A stretch of DNA of 64,000 bases from positions 1-64,000 of the forward strand of contig CAWBOC010000007.1 of NCBI GenBank assembly GCA_963790305.1, read 5' to 3'. Below the pieces are notes generated by a model. The model did no database searches, was not told the origin of the DNA, and worked only from the letters and a program-made list of their open reading frames with translations. Shown here in pieces: positions 1 through 8,012 of this stretch; position 1 is the first letter of the stretch, and every line of letters begins with the position of its first letter. The DNA comes from an uncultured Gemmatimonadaceae bacterium (GTDB lineage Bacteria > Gemmatimonadota > Gemmatimonadetes > Gemmatimonadales > Gemmatimonadaceae). A program made the translations under genes and the position numbers.

Positions 1-279
1 CTGGGCATGGTCGCCGCCGTGTGGCCTCGACACGTTTTCGTCGCGGCCTTCGTCGGCGGTGTAGTCGGAGCGCTCGCAGACTCGCTCGCCGGAGCGACAA
101 TGCAGGCGCGACGGCGGTGTGCTTCCTGCGACGCGCTCACGGAACGCGCGATTCATTCATGCGGGGCACACACGGTCCATGCGGGGGGTGCATCATGGAT
201 GACCAACGATGCGGTCAACTTGTTGTGCAGCGTAGTGGGCGCGTCATCGGCGATCGTCGTCGCGCGCGCGCTCCAGTAG
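1..279 (+). CDS. DUF92-family membrane protein, 3' part (truncated by window edge)
   Basis: GGVVGALADSLAGATMQ...C..C...TE...H.CG...WMTNDAVN resembles the DUF92/TMEM19 C-terminus. Confidence 0.7.
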   Translation: MGMVAAVWPRHVFVAAFVGGVVGALADSLAGATMQARRRCASCDALTERAIHSCGAHTVHAGGASWMTNDAVNLLCSVVGASSAIVVARALQ

Positions 280-290
280 CCGCGCTGGCA

Positions 291-698
291 GTGGCGCTCG
301 CGGCGACAATGCTCGCCCCCACCGCCTGCAACAATGTCGACATGCGGATCGGCCCGGGCGTGCAAATCGGCACCGGGAAGGGATCGGGCTCGCACCATGA
401 CGCCCTCATCGGCATGTGGACGCGGGTCCTGGTGATCACCGACAACGAGGGGACGCGACACAGCTCTCGAACGACGTGGGAATTCCGCTCCGACGGAAGC
501 GCCACGCGCACGGTCATTACGCAGAGCCTGAGCTCGGGCATCACCGACGTGCTCACCGCCAATGCGTCGTGGCATACCGAGGGCTCGACGCTGGTGATCA
601 CCTTCCGATTCCCCGACTCCGGCACGTCGCGCTTCGGCTTCGCCCTCTTCGCGAATGTGCTCAACCTCGATGGCCGCGACTTTGTGCGCGTCACCTGA
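291..698 (+). CDS. Hypothetical lipoprotein (lipocalin-like beta fold possible); start uncertain
   Basis: Hydrophobic stretch ending in PTAC (lipobox-like), LIGMW, beta-rich sequence; stop abuts the next GTG. Confidence 0.5.
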   Translation: MALAATMLAPTACNNVDMRIGPGVQIGTGKGSGSHHDALIGMWTRVLVITDNEGTRHSSRTTWEFRSDGSATRTVITQSLSSGITDVLTANASWHTEGSTLVITFRFPDSGTSRFGFALFANVLNLDGRDFVRVT

Positions 699-2168
699 GT
701 GACGGTGTCGACGAAGCCGCGGGTGCTGCTCGTGAGCACGAATCGCGAGCACGCGCCGCAACCCGTCGTGCCTAACGGCGTCGCCTGCGTCGCGTCGGCG
801 CTCCGGCAGGCAGGCCATGAGGTGCGCGTGCTCGATCTCTGCTTCGTGCGCGACGCCGTCCGTACCGCGCGCGAAGCAGCCCGCGGCTTCGCCCCTGATG
901 TGGTGGGCGTTTCGGTCAGAAACATCGACAACAGTGACCTCATCGCCCTCCGGCATTACACACCGGAGGCCACGGCCGTGACGCAGGCGCTTCGCGATGC
1001 AGCCCCTCGCGCGAGCGTCATCGCGGGGGGCGCAGCCTTCGGCGTCGCTCCCGCCGCCCTCACCGATGCATTGGGCGTCGACTGGGCGGTCGCGGGTGAT
1101 GGCGAACGGGCGACTGTTGCGCTGATCGATGCGCTGGCGGCCGGTCGCGATCCGGGGATGGTCCCCGGACTCGTCAGGCGCGACGCCGGCGGCACGCAGC
1201 TCGTCCCGCCCGGAGGCGAGGCCAGTCTGGACACGCTGCCCGAGATGCGCATGCAGGACTGGATCGACATTCGCGCCTACCAGCGGCATGGGGCGACCAT
1301 TCCGATCCAGACCAAGCGGGGTTGCGTGTTCAAGTGCGTGTACTGCACGTACCTCAACGTCGAAGGGTGGGGCTATCGCCTTCGTGATCCGGAATCCGTA
1401 GCCGATGAAATGGCGTCGCTCGCGCGGGAGCGAGGCGTTCGGCGCTTCGAGTTCGTCGATTCGACGTTCAACTCGCCGCCGAGACATGCGACCGCGGTAT
1501 GCGAGGCCATCGTGCGACGCGGCCTCCGCGTGCACCTCGATACGACCAATTTCACGCCGGCGTCGGCCACACCCGAGCTGCTCGCCGCCATGGGGCCCGC
1601 GGGTTTTCGATGGCTCGGCATCACGGCCGAGAGTGCGAGCGAGCAGGTGCTCGCTCGCCTCGAGAAGGGCTTCGACGCGCAGCAAGTGCGCAGCGTCGCG
1701 GAGCGCGTCGAGCGCGCGGGGATGAGAGTCCTCTGGATCTTCCTCGTCGGCGGACCAGGGGAGACGCCTGAGACGCTGGAGGAGACCCTGCGCTTCGCCG
1801 ACTGGCGGCTGTCACGCGGGGATGCCGTGTATCTCACGGTTGGCCTGCGCATTTATCCTGGGACGACGCTGCAACGGATCGCCGCCGATGAGGGTGTGAT
1901 CGACGGCGGCGACCCTTTGCTGGCACCGGCTTTCTACTTTTCTCGCTCTCTCGATCGCACGACCGCCCTCACGCGCCTTCGCCAGTTCGCGTCGCATCAC
2001 CCCCGCTTCATGTTCTCGGCGGACTCCCGCTCGTCGCTGCTGCCCTACCTGACGCGGCTCGCCTCACTCCTGCGGTTGCCAGGACCGCATTGGCGTTACA
2101 TGGGAACGTTTCAGCGGCTTGCGCGCGCCAGCGGGCGCATCTGGCGGCCAGCGCGCGTTCCGGCGTGA
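699..2168 (+). CDS. Cobalamin-binding radical SAM protein (lipid-biosynthesis-associated type)
   Basis: N-terminal B12-binding region (GVSVRNIDN, IAGGAAF, GDGE); CxxxCxxC in RGCVFKCVYC; FVDSTFN. Confidence 0.9.
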   Translation: MTVSTKPRVLLVSTNREHAPQPVVPNGVACVASALRQAGHEVRVLDLCFVRDAVRTAREAARGFAPDVVGVSVRNIDNSDLIALRHYTPEATAVTQALRDAAPRASVIAGGAAFGVAPAALTDALGVDWAVAGDGERATVALIDALAAGRDPGMVPGLVRRDAGGTQLVPPGGEASLDTLPEMRMQDWIDIRAYQRHGATIPIQTKRGCVFKCVYCTYLNVEGWGYRLRDPESVADEMASLARERGVRRFEFVDSTFNSPPRHATAVCEAIVRRGLRVHLDTTNFTPASATPELLAAMGPAGFRWLGITAESASEQVLARLEKGFDAQQVRSVAERVERAGMRVLWIFLVGGPGETPETLEETLRFADWRLSRGDAVYLTVGLRIYPGTTLQRIAADEGVIDGGDPLLAPAFYFSRSLDRTTALTRLRQFASHHPRFMFSADSRSSLLPYLTRLASLLRLPGPHWRYMGTFQRLARASGRIWRPARVPA

Positions 2169-3430
2169 ACGACGCCGACGTCATCGTCGTCGGCGGAGGG
2201 CCAGCGGGAGCGTCCACCGCATTCGCGCTCGCCACCGCCGGTGCGAAGGTGCTCATCGTCGATCGTGAATCGTTTCCGCGCGACAAGCCGTGCGCGGAAT
2301 ACCTGAGCCCGCAGGCGTCGCGCGTGCTGCACGAGATGGGGGTCCTCGCCGAGGTCGAATCGCGAGGGCCGTCGCGGCTGGCCGGGATGATCGTTCGCGC
2401 GCCGTCCGGCCGGCAGCTCCGTGGCGACTTTGCCGCGCAACACGGCTTTCGAGGATTCCGCGACCGAGGGCTCGCGATCCGGCGCCGAGTGCTCGATGAA
2501 ATCCTGCTCGACGCCGCTCGTAGTGCGGGCGCGCGCGTCATGGAATCCACGCGCGTCACGGAAGTGCGACGAGACACGCGCGGCCGCGTCAGCGGTGTCG
2601 CCGTCGCCACGGACGGCGGCGCGCGCGAGCTCGCCGCACCGCTCGTGGTCGGGGCGGACGGACTGCGGAGCATCGTAGGCCGGCGCCTGGGACTCATTCG
2701 CAGCGGGCGATTCCCCCGGCGGATAGCCCTCGTATCGCATTGGCGCGGCATCGCCGACATCGGCGAGTACGGCGAGATGCACGTGGAGCGAGACGGATAC
2801 GTCGGGTTGGCGCCCGTGGATGACGGTCTCGTGAACGTCGCCATGGTCATTCCCGCCTCACGAGCACGTGCGATCGGCGCCGACCGGGGACAATACGTCT
2901 CAGGATGGCTCGGCCGGCGTCCTCACCTCGCGAAGCGGTTCACTCGCGCGGTGCGGGAGTCACCGGTCGTGGCGACGGGACCCTTCAACGTGCGAGCGCG
3001 CCGCGCATGGGCCCCCGGGGCTCTTCTCGTCGGCGACGCGGCGGACTTCTTCGATCCATTCACGGGCGAGGGCATCTATGCGGCTCTTCGCGGGGGAGAG
3101 CTCGCGGCCAGCGCCGCACTTGGTGCCCTCGCGCGTTCACCGGGCGACGAGGCGCTGCGCGAGTACGACCGCACGCGTCGCGCCGAGTTTCGCGGCAAAT
3201 GGCGCGTCGAACGCCTTGTCGGGGCAGCGGTCGCCTTCCCGGCCCTCATCGAGCGCGCGGCTCACACGCTCTCGCGCCGCAAGGATCTGGCTGACCTCTT
3301 CGTCGGGGTCACCGGCGACTTCGTGCCCGCACGTGAGGTATTGCGCCCATCCTACCTTCTGGCGTTGCTTTTCCCATCGCTGGCCGGCGCCAGCGCACGA
3401 GGACCCCACGTACCCGCGCACGAGAGCTGA
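2165..3430 (+). CDS. FAD-dependent oxidoreductase, geranylgeranyl-reductase-like family
   Basis: VVGGGPAG, FPRDKPCAE, GADG, LVGDAA..DPFTGEGI; GTG start overlaps the upstream TGA. Confidence 0.9.
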   Translation: MNDADVIVVGGGPAGASTAFALATAGAKVLIVDRESFPRDKPCAEYLSPQASRVLHEMGVLAEVESRGPSRLAGMIVRAPSGRQLRGDFAAQHGFRGFRDRGLAIRRRVLDEILLDAARSAGARVMESTRVTEVRRDTRGRVSGVAVATDGGARELAAPLVVGADGLRSIVGRRLGLIRSGRFPRRIALVSHWRGIADIGEYGEMHVERDGYVGLAPVDDGLVNVAMVIPASRARAIGADRGQYVSGWLGRRPHLAKRFTRAVRESPVVATGPFNVRARRAWAPGALLVGDAADFFDPFTGEGIYAALRGGELAASAALGALARSPGDEALREYDRTRRAEFRGKWRVERLVGAAVAFPALIERAAHTLSRRKDLADLFVGVTGDFVPAREVLRPSYLLALLFPSLAGASARGPHVPAHES

Positions 3431-3435
3431 CCGAC

Positions 3436-3912
3436 ATGCCGATCGACAGCGCCACGTTCCGAAGCGTGCTTGGACGCTTCGTCTCGGGCGTCACCATCGT
3501 CACCGCCCGCGATGACGCCGGCGTCGACCACGGGATGACGGCAAGCGCGTTCTGCTCGGTGAGCCTCGATCCACCGCTCGTGCTCGTGTCGATCGCGCAT
3601 GATGCGACGCTTCACCCGGTGCTGCTGAAGCAGGAGGAGATGGCTGTCAGCGTTCTTACCGCTTCGCAGGAGGCGATCGCGCGCCGGTTCGCCGAGAAGC
3701 TCGACAATCGCTTCGACGGCGTGGGGTTCACTCGTGGGGTGACCGGCGCTCCCCTCATCAATGGCGCGCTCGCGGTCGTCGAGGGCCGCGTGATTCATCG
3801 CCACCCAGGCGGCGATCACACGATCTTCGTCGCGGAGGTGTTGGCGGCATCCGCGACGATGGACGAGCCCCTTCTCTACTACCGCGGCGGCTACGCGCAT
3901 TTGGCGCGGTGA
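3436..3912 (+). CDS. Flavin reductase family protein
   Basis: FRSVLGRFVSGVTIVT, GMTASAF.SVSLDPP, GGDHTIF, PLLYYRG. Confidence 0.92.
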   Translation: MPIDSATFRSVLGRFVSGVTIVTARDDAGVDHGMTASAFCSVSLDPPLVLVSIAHDATLHPVLLKQEEMAVSVLTASQEAIARRFAEKLDNRFDGVGFTRGVTGAPLINGALAVVEGRVIHRHPGGDHTIFVAEVLAASATMDEPLLYYRGGYAHLAR

Positions 3913-3913
3913 C

Positions 3914-4634
3914 GTGGCGCTGTTGACGCCGCGCCGTCGCTACGGCCACGAGTATCTCGACGACCCGACTGTCGAAGCGCGCGTTGCCGCGCGGTCGATG
4001 GGCGACGTTGCACGCTCGAATGCGTTGTTCGGCGGCGCGCACGCCGTGCTGGCGGAGCTCGATGACCTGTTGCGTCCGGGCATCGCGGAACCGCACGCGT
4101 TCTCGCTCCTCGATGTCGGAACTGGCCTCGGTGACATCCCGGCGCGCGTCCGCGCGCGAGCGGCGCAGCATGGTGTCACGGTGTGCACGGTAGGCCTCGA
4201 CACGAGCGAAGCGCTCACCGTCGCCGCGCACGACACGACCCTGCACATGCTCAGAGCCAATGCGCGATATCTCCCGATCGCCGATCGCGCCTTCGAATGT
4301 CGTGCTTTGCTCGCAGGTCTTGCATCACTTTCGCCGTGACGACGGGATCGCGCTCTTGCACGAGCTCGATCGGGTTGCGCGCCGTCGCGTCATCGTGAGC
4401 GACATTCGCCGCAGTTGGGTCGCCGCCGCCGGGATCTGGCTTGCGTCATGGCCGCTGCGATTTCACCCAGTAAGTCGGCACGATGGAGTGGTCTCGGTTC
4501 TGCGTGGCTTTACGCTCGACGAGCTCGCGACCCTCGTGAGCGAGGCCGTCGGCGTCACGCCGCGAGTCAGGCGGCACCGTGGGTTTCGTGTCGCTGCCTC
4601 GTGGATTCCAGCAGGGTCGCGTTCAACGCTGTAG
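3914..4634 (+). CDS. SAM-dependent methyltransferase, split by a +1 frameshift near 4296
   Basis: EYLDDP, LLDVGTGLGDIP motif I; removing one A in ttcgaatgtc restores AFDVVLCSQVLHHF...SRHDG..SVLRGFT. Confidence 0.8.
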
Positions 4635-4708
4635 GGCGGGCATCCAGGTTCAAAGGGGGGACGCGGATTTCGCGGATGCAGCGGAAACGGCCGGATCGCT
4701 CCTTGGGC
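4632..4708. repeat. Left arm of a ~75 bp inverted repeat whose right arm is 6045-6120
   Basis: TAGGGCGGGCATCCAGGTTCAAAGGGGGGACGCGGATTTCGCGGAT... is the near-perfect reverse complement of ...ATCCGCGAAATCCGCGTCCCCACTTTGAACCTGGATGCCAGCCCTA. Confidence 0.9.
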
Positions 4709-4780
4709 ATTGATTGAACTTCCCCCGGTTTAGTGGACACCTCAACCGCCTCGAGAGAGATTCGAGGCAGGAGGTGTGAA

Positions 4781-5083
4781 ATGAAAAAGAAACGGGGACG
4801 AACAGCGTACACGGACGAGTTTCGGCGTGAGGCGGTGCGACTCGTGGAGGCCACTCCCGACCAGCTGGTGGATATTGCGCGCGCCCTGGACGTGAATCCG
4901 GAGACGTTACGCAATTGGCGGCGGAGCGCCGCCGCGAACGGCGACGCGCCCATTGTGCCGCCGACGCGCGTGCTCTCGCTCGAGGAGGAGAATCGACGGT
5001 TGCGGCAGGAGAACGCGCGGCTCGCCGAGGAGCGCGACATCCTAAAAAAAGCGACGGCCTTCTTCGCCAGGGATGCACGATGA
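4781..5083 (+). CDS. IS3 transposase OrfA (HTH plus leucine zipper)
   Basis: YTDEFRREAVRL...IARALDV..ETLRNW...EERDILKKATAFF; GGAGG RBS; A7G slippery run at 5044-5051. Confidence 0.9.
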   Translation: MKKKRGRTAYTDEFRREAVRLVEATPDQLVDIARALDVNPETLRNWRRSAAANGDAPIVPPTRVLSLEEENRRLRQENARLAEERDILKKATAFFARDAR

Positions 5084-5955
5084 GGTTCGTGTTCATCCGC
5101 GCGCACGCCCGCATCTTCCACATCACCACAATGTGTCGGGTGCTGGAGGTGTCGAGGGCCGGCTACTACGCCTGGCGTGCGCGCCCGCTCGTGTGAGCGG
5201 GTCCAGGAGGACCGCCGGCTGCGCGAGCGGATTCGGCAGATCCACGCACGAGGTCAAGGGGCGCTATGGCAGTCCGCGCGTCCACCAGGAGCTGCGCGCG
5301 CTGGGCATTCCGTGCGGCAAGCATCGCGTCGCGCGGCTAATGCGCGCCGAGGGCCTCCGCGCGAAGAGCACGCCGCGCTGTCGCGTCACGACGCAGTCGG
5401 ATCACGCCGAGCGGGTGGCGCCCAACGTGCTCGCGCGGCAGTTCGGGGTCGAGACCGCGGGCGCGCCGGACCGGGTGTGGGTGGCGGACCTCACCTATAT
5501 CGCGACGCGCGAGGGCTGGCTCTACCTCGCCGTCATGCTCGATCTGGCGACGCGGCGCGTGGTGGGCTGGGCGCTCCGCACGCGCGTGGATCAGGAGCTG
5601 GCGCTCGCGCGCGCTCCGCATGGCCCTCACGCATCGCGGCGCGCGCGGCGGCGTGCATCATTCCGATCGCGGCGTGCAGTACGCGAGTGGCGCCTATCAA
5701 GCGCTCCTCCGCTCGGCCGGCTTTACGCCGAGCATGAGTCGGGTGGGGAATTGCTGGGACAACGCGGTCGCCGAGAAGCTTCTTTGCGCCACTGACGAAG
5801 GAATTGCTCGTCGATGGCGTCTTCTCCAGTCGCGAGCAGCCGGTCGCGAGCTTTCCGTTCATCGAGATCTGCACCGCCTCAACGGCGACACTCGTCCTGG
5901 GTACCGGACGTCCCGTCGAGTTTGAGAAGAGCTCCTAGCACGAACGCCGAGTTAA
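5080..5955 (+). pseudogene. IS3 transposase OrfB (DDE), broken by several frameshifts
   Basis: MCRVLEVSRAGYYAW, YGSPRV, WVADLTYI.TREGWLYLAV.LD, HHSDRGVQY and GNCWDNAVAE lie in different frames; in the -1 frame relative to orfA, ATGA coupled. Confidence 0.85.
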
Positions 5956-6044
5956 CCCGGTGTCCACAAAACCGGGGGAAGTCCAATCCTTCGTCCACAA
6001 GAGCAAACAGCAATTGTTTTTGGATTGCGCGAGGAGAGCCGTTG

Positions 6045-6120
6045 GCACCAGGAACGATCCGCCGAATCCGTTGAATCCGCGAAATCCGCGTCCCCACTTT
6101 GAACCTGGATGCCAGCCCTA
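6045..6120. repeat. Right arm of the inverted repeat enclosing the IS
   Basis: Reverse complement of 4632-4708; contains AATCCG-based ~9-nt units. Confidence 0.9.
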
Positions 6121-6144
6121 TGGTCTCCCCGGAGTGACCTCAAC

Positions 6145-6711
6145 GTGAACCACGCGCTGTCCCTGCCGCCGATGCCGCGCGGGCGACCGATGGAAACGCT
6201 CGACGAGCGCATCGTGCGGGCACCCGTGCGCACGATGTTCGCGATCGCGCGCGACGTCGAGCACTGGCCGGCGCATCTCGCCCACTATCGTTGGGTGCGC
6301 TTTCGCGATCGCGCACCGGACGGTGGCGGCATCGTCGAAATGGCTGCCTGGCGCCCGTTCGGCATCGTGCGATGGCCGACCTGGTGGCTGTCCGAGATGA
6401 CGGTTGACGACGCCCGCCCCGCGATTCGTTTTCGCCACATCGGAGGGATCACCACGGGAATGGATGTCGAGTGGGCCTTCGAGGAGGTCCGCGACGGCAC
6501 GCATGTGCGCCTGCTGCACGCCTGGGACGGGCCGCACTGGCCGCTCATCGGCGTCTTCGCCGCTACGGCCGTCATTGGGCCCGTCTTCATCCACGGCATC
6601 GCCTCCCGGACACTCGCCGGGCTCGCCGCGGCCGCCGAGCGGGTAGCGGCAGGCGTGCACCCCGGTCATCATCCGGTAGCAGCTCATTCTTCTGGAGGAA
6701 GGTCGTCGTGA
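6145..6711 (+). CDS. SRPBCC/START-fold polyketide cyclase/dehydrase-like protein; start could be 6172 or 6190
   Basis: IVRAPVRTMFAIARDVEHWP, IRFRHIGGITTGMDVEWAF pattern; GGAG at 6131. Confidence 0.8.
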   Translation: MNHALSLPPMPRGRPMETLDERIVRAPVRTMFAIARDVEHWPAHLAHYRWVRFRDRAPDGGGIVEMAAWRPFGIVRWPTWWLSEMTVDDARPAIRFRHIGGITTGMDVEWAFEEVRDGTHVRLLHAWDGPHWPLIGVFAATAVIGPVFIHGIASRTLAGLAAAAERVAAGVHPGHHPVAAHSSGGRSS

Positions 6712-7952
6712 AGCCTCTGCGGCGCGTCGCGGTCACCGGCATCGGGGCCATTACACCGATCGGCACCGGCATCACCGGATTCTGGCAGGGGCTTCAAGAC
6801 CAGCGCTCCGCCGTGCGAACCATTTCACGGTTCGATCCCAGCCCCTTCCGCAGCCACATCGCCGGAGAGGTGGACGCGTTCGACGCCACCGATTTCATCG
6901 AGCGCAAACGCGCGCGCCGACTCGATCGGTTTGGCCAGTTCTCGGTGGCGAGCGCGCGGCTCGCGCTCGAGGATGCGCGCATCGACCTGGCGGCCGAGGA
7001 CCGCGAGCGTATTGGCTCGATGATGGGCACGGCGCTCGGCGGCGTCGGCAACGCCGAGGAGCAGCTTGGGATCTATCTCACGCGCGGGCTCAAGGATGTG
7101 GATGCCTCGCTGGCACTCACCGTGTTCGGCGGTGCGGCGAGCTGCAACATCGCCATCGAGTTCGGCGTGCAAGGGCCGAATCACACCAACGCGATGAGCT
7201 GCGCGTCAGGCACGATCGCCGTCGGGGAGGGCTTCCGTCAGATTCGTGACGGCTATGCCGATGTGATGCTGTGTGGCGGATCCGAGGCGCCTCTCTGGCC
7301 GTTGTGCTATGGCGCGTTCGCGATCATTCGCGCCATGTCGACGCGCAACGACGATCCCGCGAGTGCCTCACGACCCTTCGACAAGGACCGCGACGGCTTC
7401 GTGATGGGCGAGGGAGCAGCCGTTCTCGTACTCGAGGAATGGGGGCGCGCCGTCGCGCGCGGAGCACACATCTACGGCGAAGTGTGCGGATACGGCCTCT
7501 CGAACGACGCATACCACATGACGGCCCCGCGTCCCGATGGCTCGCAGGCCGCGCGCACGATGCGCCGCGCGCTCGAGGACGCGGGACTGGACGCCGGCGA
7601 GATCCAATACGTGAACGCCCACGGCAGCTCGACGCCGCTCAACGACAGCACTGAGACGCTCGCCATCAAGCAGGTCTTCGGCGATCACGCCTATCGTCTT
7701 CAGGTCAGCGGCACGAAGGGATACTACGGACACGCGCTCGGTGCCTCGGGCGCGATCGAGGCCGCGATCTGCTCGCTGGCGCTCGCGAACGACTGGCTCC
7801 CGCCGACGGTGAACCTTGCGACGCCGGATGAGGGGTGCGATCTCGACTACATCCCGACCTCGGGGCGACAGGTGCACGTCGAGCACATTCTCAGTAATTC
7901 GTTTGGGTTTGGGGGCGTGAACGCTTCGCTCGTGATGCGGAGAGCGAGCTAG
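6708..7952 (+). CDS. fabF: Beta-ketoacyl-ACP synthase II-like ketosynthase (Cys-His-His)
   Basis: RVAVTGIG, AMSCASG (Cys), SRPFDKDRDGFVMGEG, YVNAHGSST, GHALGASG, SNSFGFGG. Confidence 0.88.
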   Translation: MKPLRRVAVTGIGAITPIGTGITGFWQGLQDQRSAVRTISRFDPSPFRSHIAGEVDAFDATDFIERKRARRLDRFGQFSVASARLALEDARIDLAAEDRERIGSMMGTALGGVGNAEEQLGIYLTRGLKDVDASLALTVFGGAASCNIAIEFGVQGPNHTNAMSCASGTIAVGEGFRQIRDGYADVMLCGGSEAPLWPLCYGAFAIIRAMSTRNDDPASASRPFDKDRDGFVMGEGAAVLVLEEWGRAVARGAHIYGEVCGYGLSNDAYHMTAPRPDGSQAARTMRRALEDAGLDAGEIQYVNAHGSSTPLNDSTETLAIKQVFGDHAYRLQVSGTKGYYGHALGASGAIEAAICSLALANDWLPPTVNLATPDEGCDLDYIPTSGRQVHVEHILSNSFGFGGVNASLVMRRAS

Positions 7953-8012
7953 GGCCACTTCCGACGTCTAGGGCAACTTGCCCTGCGCCACGAAAGCCCG
8001 CATTCTCTCTCG

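Larger units (their letters stand above)
4715..5985 (+). mobile_element. IS3-family insertion sequence, 1271 bp
   Basis: IRL TGAACTTCCCCCGGTTTAGTGGACACC (4715-4741) and IRR GGTGTCCACAAAACCGGGGGAAGTCCA (5959-5985) match at 25/27; TG...CA ends; orfA/orfB layout. Confidence 0.95.
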
